DNA from: Bacteroidota bacterium
GTDB taxonomy: Bacteria; Bacteroidota; Bacteroidia; Flavobacteriales_C; GCA-002722245
DNA length: 64,000 nt
Reading direction: 5' to 3'
Assembly: GCA_026390935.1 (NCBI GenBank)
Contig: JAPLEZ010000152.1
Location: 1,293-65,292 of the forward strand
Made by a program: the position numbers and the translations under genes. The number at the start of each line of letters is the position of its first letter. Position 1 is the stretch's first letter. Shown here piece by piece: positions 21,372-31,244 of the stretch. Under the pieces are notes generated by a model. That model searched no databases, was not told where the DNA came from, and saw nothing but the letters and a program-made list of their open reading frames with translations.

Positions 21372-22421
21372 ATGAAGGATCAAGAAATAAAAATCACCAC
21401 GCTCACCACAGAATCGGAGCTAAACCAAATTTTACCAAATAACAAGATTGAAGTGGAAGAACCAATTTTGAAGGAGAGCAAAGATCGTTTCGTTTTATTT
21501 CCTATCAATCACAATGACATCTGGCAGATGTACAAACAACAACAAGCAAGTTTCTGGACAACAGAAGAAATTGATTTGTCGGCTGATGTTATCGACTGGG
21601 ATAATAAATTAAATGATGATGAGCGTCACTTCATCAAACATGTTTTGGCTTTCTTCGCAGCAAGCGATGGTATCGTAAATGAAAACTTGGCTGAGAATTT
21701 CTTGAGCGATGTTCAATACACTGAAGCTAAATTTTTCTACGGCTTCCAAATCATGATGGAGAACATTCACTCTGAAACTTATTCTTTGCTGATTGATACT
21801 TTGATCAAAGATCCTAAAGAGAAAAAATATTTGTTCAACGCTATCGACACTATTCCATGTGTGAAAAAGAAAGCGGACTGGGCATTGAGATACATTGACA
21901 ACGGTACTTTCGCTGAAAGATTAGTTGCTTTCGCTGCGGTGGAAGGAATTTTCTTCTCTGGTTCTTTCTGCTCTATCTTCTGGTTGAAGAAAAGAGGATT
22001 GTTACCAGGATTGGCTTTCTCTAACGAGTTGATCTCAAGAGACGAAGGTTTGCATTGCGATTTCGCTTGTTTGTTATACACCAAACATTTGTTGAATCAA
22101 TTGCCGAAAGAAGAGCTTCAGAAAATTATCACTGATGCTGTTGAAATTGAAAAAGAATTTGTTTCCGATGCCATTCCAGTAAAATTAATCGGAATGAATT
22201 CAGATATGATGTGTCAGTACATTGAGTTTGTAGCCGACAGATTATTGCAGGAATTAGGAGGCAGTAAAATATACAATGTTGAAAATCCATTCGATTTCAT
22301 GGAGTTGATTTCCTTACAAGGAAAAACCAACTTCTTCGAAAAGAGAGTGGGTGAATACCAAAAATCGGGAGTGATGAGCAATAAGGAAGACAATGTTTTC
22401 CGCTTGGACGAAGATTTTTAG
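21372..22421 (+). CDS. nrdB: ribonucleoside-diphosphate reductase class Ia small subunit (R2, eukaryote-like)
   Basis: Ferritin-like di-iron/tyrosyl radical motifs ([33 protein letters not shown]); followed by nrdA. Confidence 0.9.
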   Translation: MKDQEIKITTLTTESELNQILPNNKIEVEEPILKESKDRFVLFPINHNDIWQMYKQQQASFWTTEEIDLSADVIDWDNKLNDDERHFIKHVLAFFAASDGIVNENLAENFLSDVQYTEAKFFYGFQIMMENIHSETYSLLIDTLIKDPKEKKYLFNAIDTIPCVKKKADWALRYIDNGTFAERLVAFAAVEGIFFSGSFCSIFWLKKRGLLPGLAFSNELISRDEGLHCDFACLLYTKHLLNQLPKEELQKIITDAVEIEKEFVSDAIPVKLIGMNSDMMCQYIEFVADRLLQELGGSKIYNVENPFDFMELISLQGKTNFFEKRVGEYQKSGVMSNKEDNVFRLDEDF

Positions 22422-22476
22422 GCAAAAATCAAATCATAAAAAAAACGGAGTAATGAAATAAAAAATTGGGAAGCGT

Positions 22477-24852
22477 ATGTTTGTAGTAAAGAGAGACGGC
22501 AAAAAGGAGTCGGTTAAGTTCGACAAAATCACAGCAAGAATTCAAAAGTTGAGTTATTCACTAGATCCTTTGGTGGATGTGGTGAGTGTGACAATGAAAG
22601 TTATTGAAGGATTGTATGATGGTGTCACGACCGTGGAGTTGGACAACCTTGCTGCTGAAATCGCTGCTTCAAATACTACCAAACACCCGGATTACGCATT
22701 GCTTGCTTCCCGCATCGCGGTTTCCAACTTACACAAAAACACAAAAAAATCTTTCTCCGATACGATGAAAGATTTGTACGAATACGTTGATCCTAAAACT
22801 GGAGAGAAAGCTTCATTGATCGCTAAAGATGTGTATGAAATCATCCAAGCAAATGCTGAACTCCTTGATTCTACTATCATTTACGATAGAGATTTCGGTT
22901 ACGATTATTTCGGATTTAAAACTTTGGAGCGTTCTTATTTGTTGAGAATGCACGGTAAAGTTGCTGAGCGCCCTCAACACATGTTGATGCGTGTTTCAGT
23001 TGGTATCCATAAAGAAGATATTTCAGCTGCTATTGATACTTACAACTTGATGTCGGAAAGATGGTTCACTCACGCTACTCCTACATTATTCAACGCTGGT
23101 ACTCCTAAACCGCAAATGTCTTCATGCTTCCTGTTAACAGTGAAAGACGACAGCATCGATGGTATTTACGATACATTGAAACAAACTGCAAAAATTTCAC
23201 AATCTGCAGGTGGAATCGGTTTAGCTATTCACAACATCCGCGCTACAGGTTCATACATCAAAGGAACTAACGGTACTTCCAACGGAATCATTCCAATGTT
23301 GAAAGTATTTAATGATACTGCTCGCTACGTTGACCAAGGTGGTGGAAAAAGAAAAGGTTCTTTCGCTATCTATCTTGAGCCATGGCATGCTGACATCTTT
23401 GATTTCCTTGATTTGCGTAAAAATCACGGTAAAGAGGAAGCTCGTGCAAGAGATTTGTTCTTCGCGCTTTGGATTCCGGATTTATTCATGAAACGTATTG
23501 AGGCTGATCAACACTGGACTTTAATGTGTCCGAATGAATGCCCTGGATTGGCTGATACACACAGCGCTGATTTCGAGAAATTATATTTGAAATACGAGAA
23601 AGAAGGAAAAGGAAGAAAAACCATTAAAGCACAAGAATTGTGGTTCGCTATCTTGGAATCTCAAACTGAAACTGGTACTCCGTACATGTTGTACAAAGAT
23701 GCTTGTAACTCAAAATCAAACCAACAAAACTTAGGAACCATCCGTTCTTCTAACTTGTGTACTGAGATTGTTGAGTACACTGCTCCTGATGAAGTAGCGG
23801 TTTGTAACTTGGCGTCTTTAGCACTTCCTAAATTTGTGGAAGATGGTAAATTTGATCACCAACGTTTGTTCGACATCACTTATGTAGCGACGAAAAACTT
23901 AAATAAAATCATCGACAGAAACTACTACCCAGTTCCTGAGGCGAAAAACTCTAACATGAGACATCGTCCGATTGGCCTAGGAGTACAAGGTTTAGCTGAT
24001 GCTTTCATCTTAATGCGTTTGCCATTTACTTCCGACGAAGCGAAAAAAGTAAACAAAGAAATTTTTGAAACCATATACTTCGCAGGTTTAACTGCTTCCA
24101 AAGATTTAGCAATGGAAGAAGGTGCTTACGAAACTTACGCTGGTTCACCTGCTTCAAAAGGAGTTTTCCAACACGATATGTGGAATGTTACTCCTACCGA
24201 CAGATGGGATTGGGATGGTTTAAGAGCTGAAATTTTGAAATACGGTATTCGCAACTCCTTATTGTTAGCGCCAATGCCAACAGCTTCTACTTCTCAAATT
24301 TTAGGAAACAACGAATGTTTTGAGCCATATACTTCAAACATTTATTCAAGAAGAACTTTATCAGGTGAGTTTGTTATCGTAAACAAACACTTAATGAAAG
24401 ACTTAGTGAAATTGGGCTTGTGGAACGATGAATTGAAAAATGAATTGATCGCTGCCAACGGATCTGTACAAGAGATTGATGCTATTCCTGATAACATCAA
24501 AGAATTGTACAAAACAGTTTGGGAAATGAAAATGAAAGACATTATTGATATGGCTGCCGACAGAGGTGCTTACATCGATCAGTCTCAATCATTGAACTTG
24601 TTCATCGAAAATCCAAACTTTGCGAAATTGTCTTCTATGCATTTCTACGGCTGGAAAAAAGGTTTGAAAACTGGTATGTACTACCTGAGAACCAAAGCTG
24701 CTCGTGATGCCATAAAATTCACAGTAACTAAAAAGGAAGAAGTTGCTGCTCCAATAGTAGTGAAACAAGAAGAGGTTACAAAAGAACAGAGAGAAGCGGA
24801 AATCTCTTGTTCATTGGATAATCCTGATGCTTGTGAAGCTTGCGGAAGTTAA
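22477..24852 (+). CDS. nrdA: ribonucleoside-diphosphate reductase class Ia large subunit (R1)
   Basis: ATP-cone N-terminus ([23 protein letters not shown]), catalytic core CFLL...SNLCTEI, C-terminal CxxC tail; 791 aa. Confidence 0.9.
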   Translation: MFVVKRDGKKESVKFDKITARIQKLSYSLDPLVDVVSVTMKVIEGLYDGVTTVELDNLAAEIAASNTTKHPDYALLASRIAVSNLHKNTKKSFSDTMKDLYEYVDPKTGEKASLIAKDVYEIIQANAELLDSTIIYDRDFGYDYFGFKTLERSYLLRMHGKVAERPQHMLMRVSVGIHKEDISAAIDTYNLMSERWFTHATPTLFNAGTPKPQMSSCFLLTVKDDSIDGIYDTLKQTAKISQSAGGIGLAIHNIRATGSYIKGTNGTSNGIIPMLKVFNDTARYVDQGGGKRKGSFAIYLEPWHADIFDFLDLRKNHGKEEARARDLFFALWIPDLFMKRIEADQHWTLMCPNECPGLADTHSADFEKLYLKYEKEGKGRKTIKAQELWFAILESQTETGTPYMLYKDACNSKSNQQNLGTIRSSNLCTEIVEYTAPDEVAVCNLASLALPKFVEDGKFDHQRLFDITYVATKNLNKIIDRNYYPVPEAKNSNMRHRPIGLGVQGLADAFILMRLPFTSDEAKKVNKEIFETIYFAGLTASKDLAMEEGAYETYAGSPASKGVFQHDMWNVTPTDRWDWDGLRAEILKYGIRNSLLLAPMPTASTSQILGNNECFEPYTSNIYSRRTLSGEFVIVNKHLMKDLVKLGLWNDELKNELIAANGSVQEIDAIPDNIKELYKTVWEMKMKDIIDMAADRGAYIDQSQSLNLFIENPNFAKLSSMHFYGWKKGLKTGMYYLRTKAARDAIKFTVTKKEEVAAPIVVKQEEVTKEQREAEISCSLDNPDACEACGS

Positions 24853-24872
24853 GATTTAGAATAATAAAAGAA

Positions 24873-24910
24873 AATCCTGTGGTTGAAAAATCACAGGATT
24901 TTTTGTTTTT
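24873..24910 (+). terminator. Rho-independent terminator of nrdBA
   Basis: aaatcctgtg/cacaggattt 10-bp stem followed by T-run. Confidence 0.75.
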
Positions 24911-25073
24911 ACGATTTCCTTCAGTGTGGATGAGTATGGGTTTCCCTCTCGGAGGAGAGGGGTGCGTTGGAAAGTGTGTTGGCAGGGAGATGGACTTTTA
25001 CTTCCTAGCTCCGTGAAGTTTTAGAGCAGCGTAACTTCGCGGAATCTTTTATTGAGGCTTGCAGCCTCTCTTT

Positions 25074-25232
25074 GATACTTTTTGTCTTGAAACAAAAAGT
25101 ATCCAAAAAATTCAAGAGCCAAGAGATGCTTCCACCGCACGTCGCGAAATTTTTTATCCGTCGGTGACGGAAAAATTTCGCTCCCGCCACCGCCGGCTCG
25201 CCTCTTGGCTCATCCCCCCGCACGAAGTTACC
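25074..25232 (+). repeat. GC-rich structured element, copy A (candidate structured ncRNA / repeat family)
   Basis: Shares a collinear ~160-nt architecture with 37605-37764: hairpin with conserved loop TCTTGAAA, conserved CAAAAAATTCAAGAGCCAAGA.ATGCTTCC, variable nested hairpin, TCTTGGCTC, 3' CGCACGAAGTTACC; stems maintained by compensatory changes. Confidence 0.55.
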
Positions 25233-25457
25233 GACCATCTCCTGATGATCTATGCATGAAAATCGATGCGTACTGCACTTCTCCCTTTGAAAAAAGGGAG
25301 AGTGTGATGGAATAGCTGTGCGTTGGCATGAGGGATTTTAGATTTCTTCACCGGGAGACCTATCGCCCTCTACGTCCTTGCGAAATTTTTGTACTCAAAA
25401 ATGAAGCAATCTCATTTTGTTTTTTAATATTCATATATTTGGTAAAATGCCTACAAT

Positions 25458-26495
25458 ATGGAAGATTTCAAAAGTAAACTCACTCAAATTTCAGAAAGAA
25501 TAGGTTCACTGAAAGAACAAATTCAAACCGAAGAAGCAACAAAAAACGCATTCATCATGCCTTTTATTCAATTGTTAGGCTACGATGTATTTAACCCTAC
25601 TGAAGTAGTTCCAGAATTCATAGCAGATCATGGAATCAAAAAAGGAGAAAAAGTAGATTATGCTATTTTCATTAATGGCAAGCCTGAAATGATTATTGAA
25701 TGCAAGTCATGGAAAGAAAATATTGATCATCATAGTTCTCAGTTGGCAAGATACTTTCACACTTTGGATTGTAAATTTGCCTTACTAACAAACGGTATTA
25801 AATATCATTTCTTTACTGACCTAGTTAAAGTCAATGTGATGGATGAAAAGCCCTTTTTGAAGTTTGATATCACTGATATTACAGAGTTTCACTATGAAGA
25901 AATTTATAAATTTCACAAATCATTTTTCAATATTGAAAACATTGTCAATACCGCCAGCAAATTAAAATGTGAAAGTGAGTTAAAAGGAATTTTAGTTCGT
26001 GAATTTGAAAATCCTTCTGAAGCGTTCCTTAAACATTTTATCGGTCAAGTATACGAAGGTAGAGCAACAGAAAAAGTAGTCAATGATTTTAAATTGTTGT
26101 TTTCTAGGGCGTCTAACTTTTTCATTCAAGATCATATTAAAAAGAAATTAAACATTGCCTTTGAACAACAAACTCCTACTGTTATTGCTGTTCAAGAGAT
26201 TGTTGAGGACATAATAGATACTTCAAGTATTGCTCCTGGAGAGGAAAAGACAATTGAAACTACTATTGAAGAAATAGAGGCGTTTTACATTGTTAAATCG
26301 ATTCTGCGTACTAAAACGAATTCTTCTAGGATCATCATGAGAGATACTCATAGCTATTGTGGAGTTCTTTTAGATGACAATAACAGAAAGCCGATTTGCA
26401 GATTTTGGTTTAATGCGAAAAAGAAATACCTAGGTCTTTTTGATGATCAAAAGAAAGAAACAAGATTTGAAATTACTGCACTTGACGATATCTAA
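25458..26495 (+). CDS. type I restriction enzyme HsdR N-terminal (PD-(D/E)xK nuclease fold) domain protein, standalone
   Basis: EEATKNAFIMPFIQLLGYDVF...KVDYAIFINGKPEMIIECKSW matches HSDR_N core with D...E.K catalytic triad spacing; no helicase or methylase partner in window. Confidence 0.6.
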   Translation: MEDFKSKLTQISERIGSLKEQIQTEEATKNAFIMPFIQLLGYDVFNPTEVVPEFIADHGIKKGEKVDYAIFINGKPEMIIECKSWKENIDHHSSQLARYFHTLDCKFALLTNGIKYHFFTDLVKVNVMDEKPFLKFDITDITEFHYEEIYKFHKSFFNIENIVNTASKLKCESELKGILVREFENPSEAFLKHFIGQVYEGRATEKVVNDFKLLFSRASNFFIQDHIKKKLNIAFEQQTPTVIAVQEIVEDIIDTSSIAPGEEKTIETTIEEIEAFYIVKSILRTKTNSSRIIMRDTHSYCGVLLDDNNRKPICRFWFNAKKKYLGLFDDQKKETRFEITALDDI

Positions 26496-26568
26496 CAGTA
26501 TTCTGAGCAATTACAGAAAACGCCAGAGTATTATAATGTGAATATAGGAGCATAAAATTTGGCTTTCT

Positions 26569-27273
26569 TTACTTCTCCCCCTTCTTCGGCCCACCAATAA
26601 AATCCTTCAAATAGAAAGGCTCAAAGTAAGCCACGTCTTCAAATGCTTTTGCGTTGAATTGCGCTTCAGAGAATGTAATCATCCATTGCGCTGAGGTTTG
26701 AATATTTGGAAGAAGAGAAATGTTTGAGTTGGATAAAACCGACATACATTTTTGTGCACCATCTCCGAAGACGAACATTTTTTGAGTGGAGTCAGCAAAG
26801 GAATTCTCGTCGATTATTTGTGCTTCAATGCCGCGCAGTTCATTTCCTTTTTCATCAAAAATTTGCGAGTAAACTTCCATGCGTCGCGCATCCAGCATAG
26901 GGCAGAGGAGTGATCCTGAAATATATTCGGGATGGGAAGATGCGCCATAACTTAACGATTTTAGGGTGTCAATGGCTAGCAATGGAATTCCTAATCCGAA
27001 ACACAAACCTTTGGCTGTTGAAACGCCAATACGCAAGCCGGTGTAGCTTCCCGGACCTTTACTAACAGCAATTGCATTTAGCTCTTTGAAAGAAATTTTT
27101 GCTTCAGATAAAGCGGCTTCAATAAAAACATTTAGCTTTTCTGCGTGAGAATAATTGTCGTCATATTCTTCTTTTAAAGACAGTAAAACGCCATCTTTCG
27201 CTACGGAAACAGAGCAAAGCTTAGTACTTGTATCTAAATTGAGAATGACGGCCATAGCTGCAAAAATAAGCAT
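26569..27273 (-). CDS. tsaB: tRNA threonylcarbamoyladenosine biosynthesis protein TsaB
   Basis: LNLDTSTKLCSVSVAKDGVLL...AIAVSKGPGSYTGLRIGVSTAKGL Kae1/YeaZ-family inactive paralogue signature; 234 aa. Confidence 0.85.
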   Translation of the reverse strand: MLIFAAMAVILNLDTSTKLCSVSVAKDGVLLSLKEEYDDNYSHAEKLNVFIEAALSEAKISFKELNAIAVSKGPGSYTGLRIGVSTAKGLCFGLGIPLLAIDTLKSLSYGASSHPEYISGSLLCPMLDARRMEVYSQIFDEKGNELRGIEAQIIDENSFADSTQKMFVFGDGAQKCMSVLSNSNISLLPNIQTSAQWMITFSEAQFNAKAFEDVAYFEPFYLKDFIGGPKKGEK

Positions 27274-27303
27274 ATTGCGGCATGATTTTTAGCATATTCA
27301 ATT

Positions 27304-27756
27304 ATGAAAAATTTGATTTTTACTTTTTTATTCCTTCCTGTTGTTGCATTTTCACAACGAGGATTGAAATTAGTATCCGCTACTTCACAGCGCTGGAGCG
27401 GAGGGATCCCTGGAAATGTAGGCACCAACTATTCTTTAGATTTTGTTTTTTCTCTCAAAGATTCCATCAGCATTGATTCCATTTATATCAACAATGTCGC
27501 TTACGCCACTGTGAACTCCAACAGTGCGTCCTCTAATGCTTATTGGTTCAAGAACAATAAAAATCACATTTCATTAATAGTGCATGAATCAATGGTGCAG
27601 TGCACTTATCCTGTGGATGGGGATACTAGTAAGAAACAACAAAAACCTACAATTAACATGGATGGCGCCGCTTTGGTGGTGTATCACTACAAACACAAAA
27701 AGAAAAAATTGCTTGTCAAATCTTTTGTTGCCTTGCCTCCTTTGCATTATCCCTGA
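27304..27756 (+). CDS. hypothetical secreted protein
   Basis: Signal peptide MKNLIFTFLFLPVVAFSQ; no recognised domain. Confidence 0.45.
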   Translation: MKNLIFTFLFLPVVAFSQRGLKLVSATSQRWSGGIPGNVGTNYSLDFVFSLKDSISIDSIYINNVAYATVNSNSASSNAYWFKNNKNHISLIVHESMVQCTYPVDGDTSKKQQKPTINMDGAALVVYHYKHKKKKLLVKSFVALPPLHYP

Positions 27757-27807
27757 CTAACATTCTTTGTTTGATAAATTCAGGTCATTGTTCCAGCGCG
27801 AGCTTAT

Positions 27808-28413
27808 TTGCAGTTGTATTATTACAGAAAAATAGCTGTGGATACTTTCGATTATTACAACTGGTTAATTCTTCCACTCATCATTTTCTTTTCAAGAGTA
27901 ACAGACGTTACCTTAGGAACTTTACGCCATGTATTTGTTTCCCGCGGATTTAAAAATTTAGCACCCTTGTTGGGCTTTTTTGAAGTGTTGCTGTGGATTA
28001 TGGTAGCCAAGCAAATCATGACCAGTGCCAATAGCTGGCAGCATTACATTGCTTGGGCTGGCGGATTTGCTACTGGAAATTACATTGGTTTGCGACTGGA
28101 GGAAAAATTGGCTTTGGGCTTACAAATCATTCAAATTATTACCGATAGCAATAGTGATGAATTGATGAAACAATTGAGTGCTGCCAATCATGGCGCTACA
28201 ATAGTGGATGGACACGGCGCAACAGGTCCGGTTAAAATTATTTTCACCATCGCCCGTCGCAAGCAAGTGAAGAAGATTGTACAATTAGTGGAGCAATGCA
28301 ATCCTAATGCATTTTATTCCATTGAGGATATTCGCAATACCAAAAACGGAATTTTTACGCAAGGCAACTCCAGCTCAATGTTTGGAATGAGAAACATAGG
28401 GAAGATGAAATAG
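27808..28413 (+). CDS. UPF0316 / DUF2179 family membrane protein
   Basis: Three N-terminal TM segments plus DUF2179 C-terminal domain; resembles B. subtilis UPF0316 proteins. Confidence 0.65.
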   Translation: MQLYYYRKIAVDTFDYYNWLILPLIIFFSRVTDVTLGTLRHVFVSRGFKNLAPLLGFFEVLLWIMVAKQIMTSANSWQHYIAWAGGFATGNYIGLRLEEKLALGLQIIQIITDSNSDELMKQLSAANHGATIVDGHGATGPVKIIFTIARRKQVKKIVQLVEQCNPNAFYSIEDIRNTKNGIFTQGNSSSMFGMRNIGKMK

Positions 28414-28434
28414 AAATTTCACCTTCCTCAAATT

Positions 28435-28683
28435 TTACTGTTGCAACAAATTATACAATTGATCTTTTAGAAATACACGATGAGTTCTTAATTCATTCAA
28501 ATGTTCGTCGATGGCCACTTCTGCGCCACTTTCAATGCGATGAATATGATTATCGGTTTTGTCATAATCATCAAACAGCTTTTTGAAATGAGCATTTTGC
28601 ATTTTTAAATCGTGAATTTTCTCTTTGTATTGAGGGAATTCCTGAGCAAGATTATGTTTTTCCATAGCTTTAATTTTCTTCAA
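28435..28683 (-). CDS. DUF465 (YdcH-like) family protein
   Basis: 82 aa; HNLAQEFPQYKEKIHDLKMQNAHFKKLFDDYDKTDNHIHRIE matches the DUF465 pattern. Confidence 0.7.
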   Translation of the reverse strand: MKKIKAMEKHNLAQEFPQYKEKIHDLKMQNAHFKKLFDDYDKTDNHIHRIESGAEVAIDEHLNELRTHRVFLKDQLYNLLQQ

Positions 28684-28775
28684 ATTTACATGGTAAATGA
28701 GAAGTGAATTATGAGCCAGGTCAGGAGGATGACTGTATTTGATCAGCTATGCGTGAATCAATGCTGCAATTTTTT

Positions 28776-28886
28776 CCTCGCGCGCGTCTGTGACGCGTGC
28801 GCATTTAGGAAGGCATTTGTAATGCCTATTATTAAAGCAATACAATTGCTAAGATAAGTCCGCACGCGTCACAGACGCGCGCGAGG
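28776..28886. mobile_element. MITE-like palindromic element with 28-bp terminal inverted repeats, inserted at proS 3' end
   Basis: Left arm cctcgcgcgcgtctgtgacgcgtgcgca (28776-28803) and right arm its reverse complement with 1 mismatch (28859-28886); flanked by 22-bp direct repeats (28753-28774, 28894-28915; 20/22 identical, two mismatches near the ends) that both encode the proS C-terminus. Confidence 0.65.
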
Positions 28887-28887
28887 C

Positions 28888-30150
28888 TCACCCGTGAATT
28901 AATGCTGCAATTTCTTTGATGGTTTCTTCGCCTTTGTAAATCATCACTCTTTTCTCCCCTGTAGCGCGAATCTCCAATTCAAATTCTTTGGCTTCATTGA
29001 ATCGTCGACCTATGATGATTTTAAATGGAATACCAATTAAATCAGAGTCTTTGATTTTCACGCCCATACCTTGGTCGCGGTCGTCCACTAAAGTAGTCAC
29101 GCAAGCTTTTGTGAACGCTTTGTCGAATTCGTCAACAACAGCTTCAAACTCCGAACCTGCATATTTTAAAGGGATAATCGACAATTGATATGGAACAACA
29201 GCAACAGGCCATTTGATGCCTTTTTCATCGTTGTTTTGCTCAATGATGGCATTGATGATTCTGCTTACACCTATTCCGTAACAGCCCATCACCACAGGTT
29301 CTTTTTTACCTTCTTTGTTCACGAAGTTGAAGTTCATCGCGGCAGAATATTTCGTGCCGAGTTTGAAGATGTGACCTACTTCAATGCCTCTGAATATTTC
29401 GTGCGTAGCCGAATATTTCTCGACTTCATTTTCTTCAATTTTTACTACAACGCCTTTCTCTTCAATGAAATAATCTTCACCGAATTTGGATAATGCTACA
29501 ATTTCTTCGGAACCATCTCCGCCAATTTCGCCCGGATCGGCAGCAATACCAATCACTTTCAAGCCTAAACGTTTGAAAATAGCAAAGTAAGCATCGCGCA
29601 AAGCATTGTATTCTCTGTCTAAATCTTCATTGGAAATATGAAAGCTGTATGCATCTTTCATCATGAATTCTTTTCCGCGCAAGAGGCCGTTTTTAGGACG
29701 CATTTCATCGCGAAACTTTCTGCCGATTTGGTACAAGGTAAAAGGAAATTGTTTGTAGGACGATACTTTAGAACGGGCTAAATCAATGACTACTTCTTCG
29801 TGTGTAGGACCGAAACAAAACTCTCTTTCATCGCGGTTTTTAAATTTCAACATCTCTTTTCCGTAAGCATTCCACCTTTCCGATTCTACCCACAGTTCTT
29901 TCGGTTGCACAATAGGCATCGCTATTTCCTGACAGCCGATGGCGTCCAGTTCTTGACGGATAACCGTTTCAATTTTTTGCAACACTTTATTTCCCAAAGG
30001 AAGAAAGTTGTATAATCCAGCCGATACCTGTTGGATCAATCCAGCTTGTATACATAGCTTGTGACTTGTGGCGTCGAGTTTTTCGTTAACCGTTCTTTCG
30101 GTGTGGATGAATGCTTTTGAATACTTCATGATATTAATTTGAAAGGGCAA
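28888..30150 (-). CDS. proS: proline--tRNA ligase (bacterial-type without editing insertion)
   Basis: GPTHEEVVIDLARS, KFRDEMRPKNGLLRGKEFMMKDAYSF class II motifs; C-terminal anticodon-binding domain; probable start at MKYSKAF. Confidence 0.85.
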   Translation of the reverse strand: MPFQINIMKYSKAFIHTERTVNEKLDATSHKLCIQAGLIQQVSAGLYNFLPLGNKVLQKIETVIRQELDAIGCQEIAMPIVQPKELWVESERWNAYGKEMLKFKNRDEREFCFGPTHEEVVIDLARSKVSSYKQFPFTLYQIGRKFRDEMRPKNGLLRGKEFMMKDAYSFHISNEDLDREYNALRDAYFAIFKRLGLKVIGIAADPGEIGGDGSEEIVALSKFGEDYFIEEKGVVVKIEENEVEKYSATHEIFRGIEVGHIFKLGTKYSAAMNFNFVNKEGKKEPVVMGCYGIGVSRIINAIIEQNNDEKGIKWPVAVVPYQLSIIPLKYAGSEFEAVVDEFDKAFTKACVTTLVDDRDQGMGVKIKDSDLIGIPFKIIIGRRFNEAKEFELEIRATGEKRVMIYKGEETIKEIAALIHG

Positions 30151-30167
30151 AAATAGTAAAAGAGCAA

Positions 30168-31145
30168 CTACTTCAACGCTCTTTTTTTAATCATTCCGCC
30201 TTTGATGTCCTTAACGCCCGTCATCACCATAAATGCATTGGGATCAATTTCGTCTACTTCCTTGCGGAGGCGGGCCAATTCCAAACGAGTGATGATGGTG
30301 TAAATGATGGTGTAGTTTCGCGACGGACCTTTGGTGTTGTAACCGCCACTTCCTTGATAGAGCGTTACACCACGCCCCATTTCATTGATTAACATGGAGC
30401 GTATTTCTTCGTGCTTGGCAGAAATGATCGTCACACCAACATATTCTTCCACCCCTTCCACCACAAAGTCGACAGTTTTAGAAGCGATAAAATATGTGAG
30501 CATGGAATACAAAGCAACTTCAACCGTTGGTAAAACATAAGCTGCAACCAGGAAGATGAAAACGTTGAAAACAATGATGACGTCACCTACAGTAAATCCA
30601 ACAGCCCTGCTAATGTATATCGCTAGAATTTCCGTTCCATCTAGCACAGCCCCGCCCCTCATGGATAAACCAATTCCAGCGCCTAAAAATATCCCGCCAA
30701 AGGCCGATACTAAAAGTTTGTCGTGCGTGATTTCCGGAAATTCAACCAATGCGATTACCAAAGCCAAACCAACAATGGAGGTGATGCTGCGAATTGCAAA
30801 GCGTCGACCCACTTGCGTGTAAGCCAGGAAGATGAAGGGGATATTTAAAATCACAATCAGCCACGATAGATGAAAATCGAATACATTGTTCATCAAAAGA
30901 GAAATTCCAGTAACGCCTCCATCCACGAAATCATTGGGAAGTGAAAAACTTTTGAGTCCGAAAGCAGCTGAAAATATTCCTAAGCTGATGAGTAAAAATC
31001 CTTTAACGATATAGGCAACAGACACCACTCGATGCAGCGCTTTTTTCTTTAGTTCGCTGTCGGCTTCAATGTGCTCTCTCTTTTTGCTGCGGCGAAAAAG
31101 TCGAACTGTTTCTCTTACTATTACTCGTTGAAAAAAAGGAAGCAT
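30168..31145 (-). CDS. YitT family membrane protein (DUF161 + DUF2179)
   Basis: Five TM segments with GGVTGISLL motif and C-terminal DUF2179 domain. Confidence 0.7.
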   Translation of the reverse strand: MLPFFQRVIVRETVRLFRRSKKREHIEADSELKKKALHRVVSVAYIVKGFLLISLGIFSAAFGLKSFSLPNDFVDGGVTGISLLMNNVFDFHLSWLIVILNIPFIFLAYTQVGRRFAIRSITSIVGLALVIALVEFPEITHDKLLVSAFGGIFLGAGIGLSMRGGAVLDGTEILAIYISRAVGFTVGDVIIVFNVFIFLVAAYVLPTVEVALYSMLTYFIASKTVDFVVEGVEEYVGVTIISAKHEEIRSMLINEMGRGVTLYQGSGGYNTKGPSRNYTIIYTIITRLELARLRKEVDEIDPNAFMVMTGVKDIKGGMIKKRALK

Positions 31146-31244
31146 TCTTTTTTTAGTGTTGAATGTTGAATTATGAATGTTGAATAGAGGTCACTTTCAA
31201 TAGCACGACTTTATTCAAAATTCAACATTTAAAATTTATAATTA

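Noticed and set aside
25241-25250. CUGAUGA hammerhead-core-like motif right after repeat copy A
   Set aside because: Present in only one of the two copies; no flanking stems I-III or GAAA box in the required arrangement.
25005-25259. ORFs 25005..25238 (-) and 25059..25259 (+) covering the GC-rich region
   Set aside because: They overlap each other on opposite strands and translate the palindromic repeat (Arg/Pro-rich products); an artefact of GC-rich sequence without stops.
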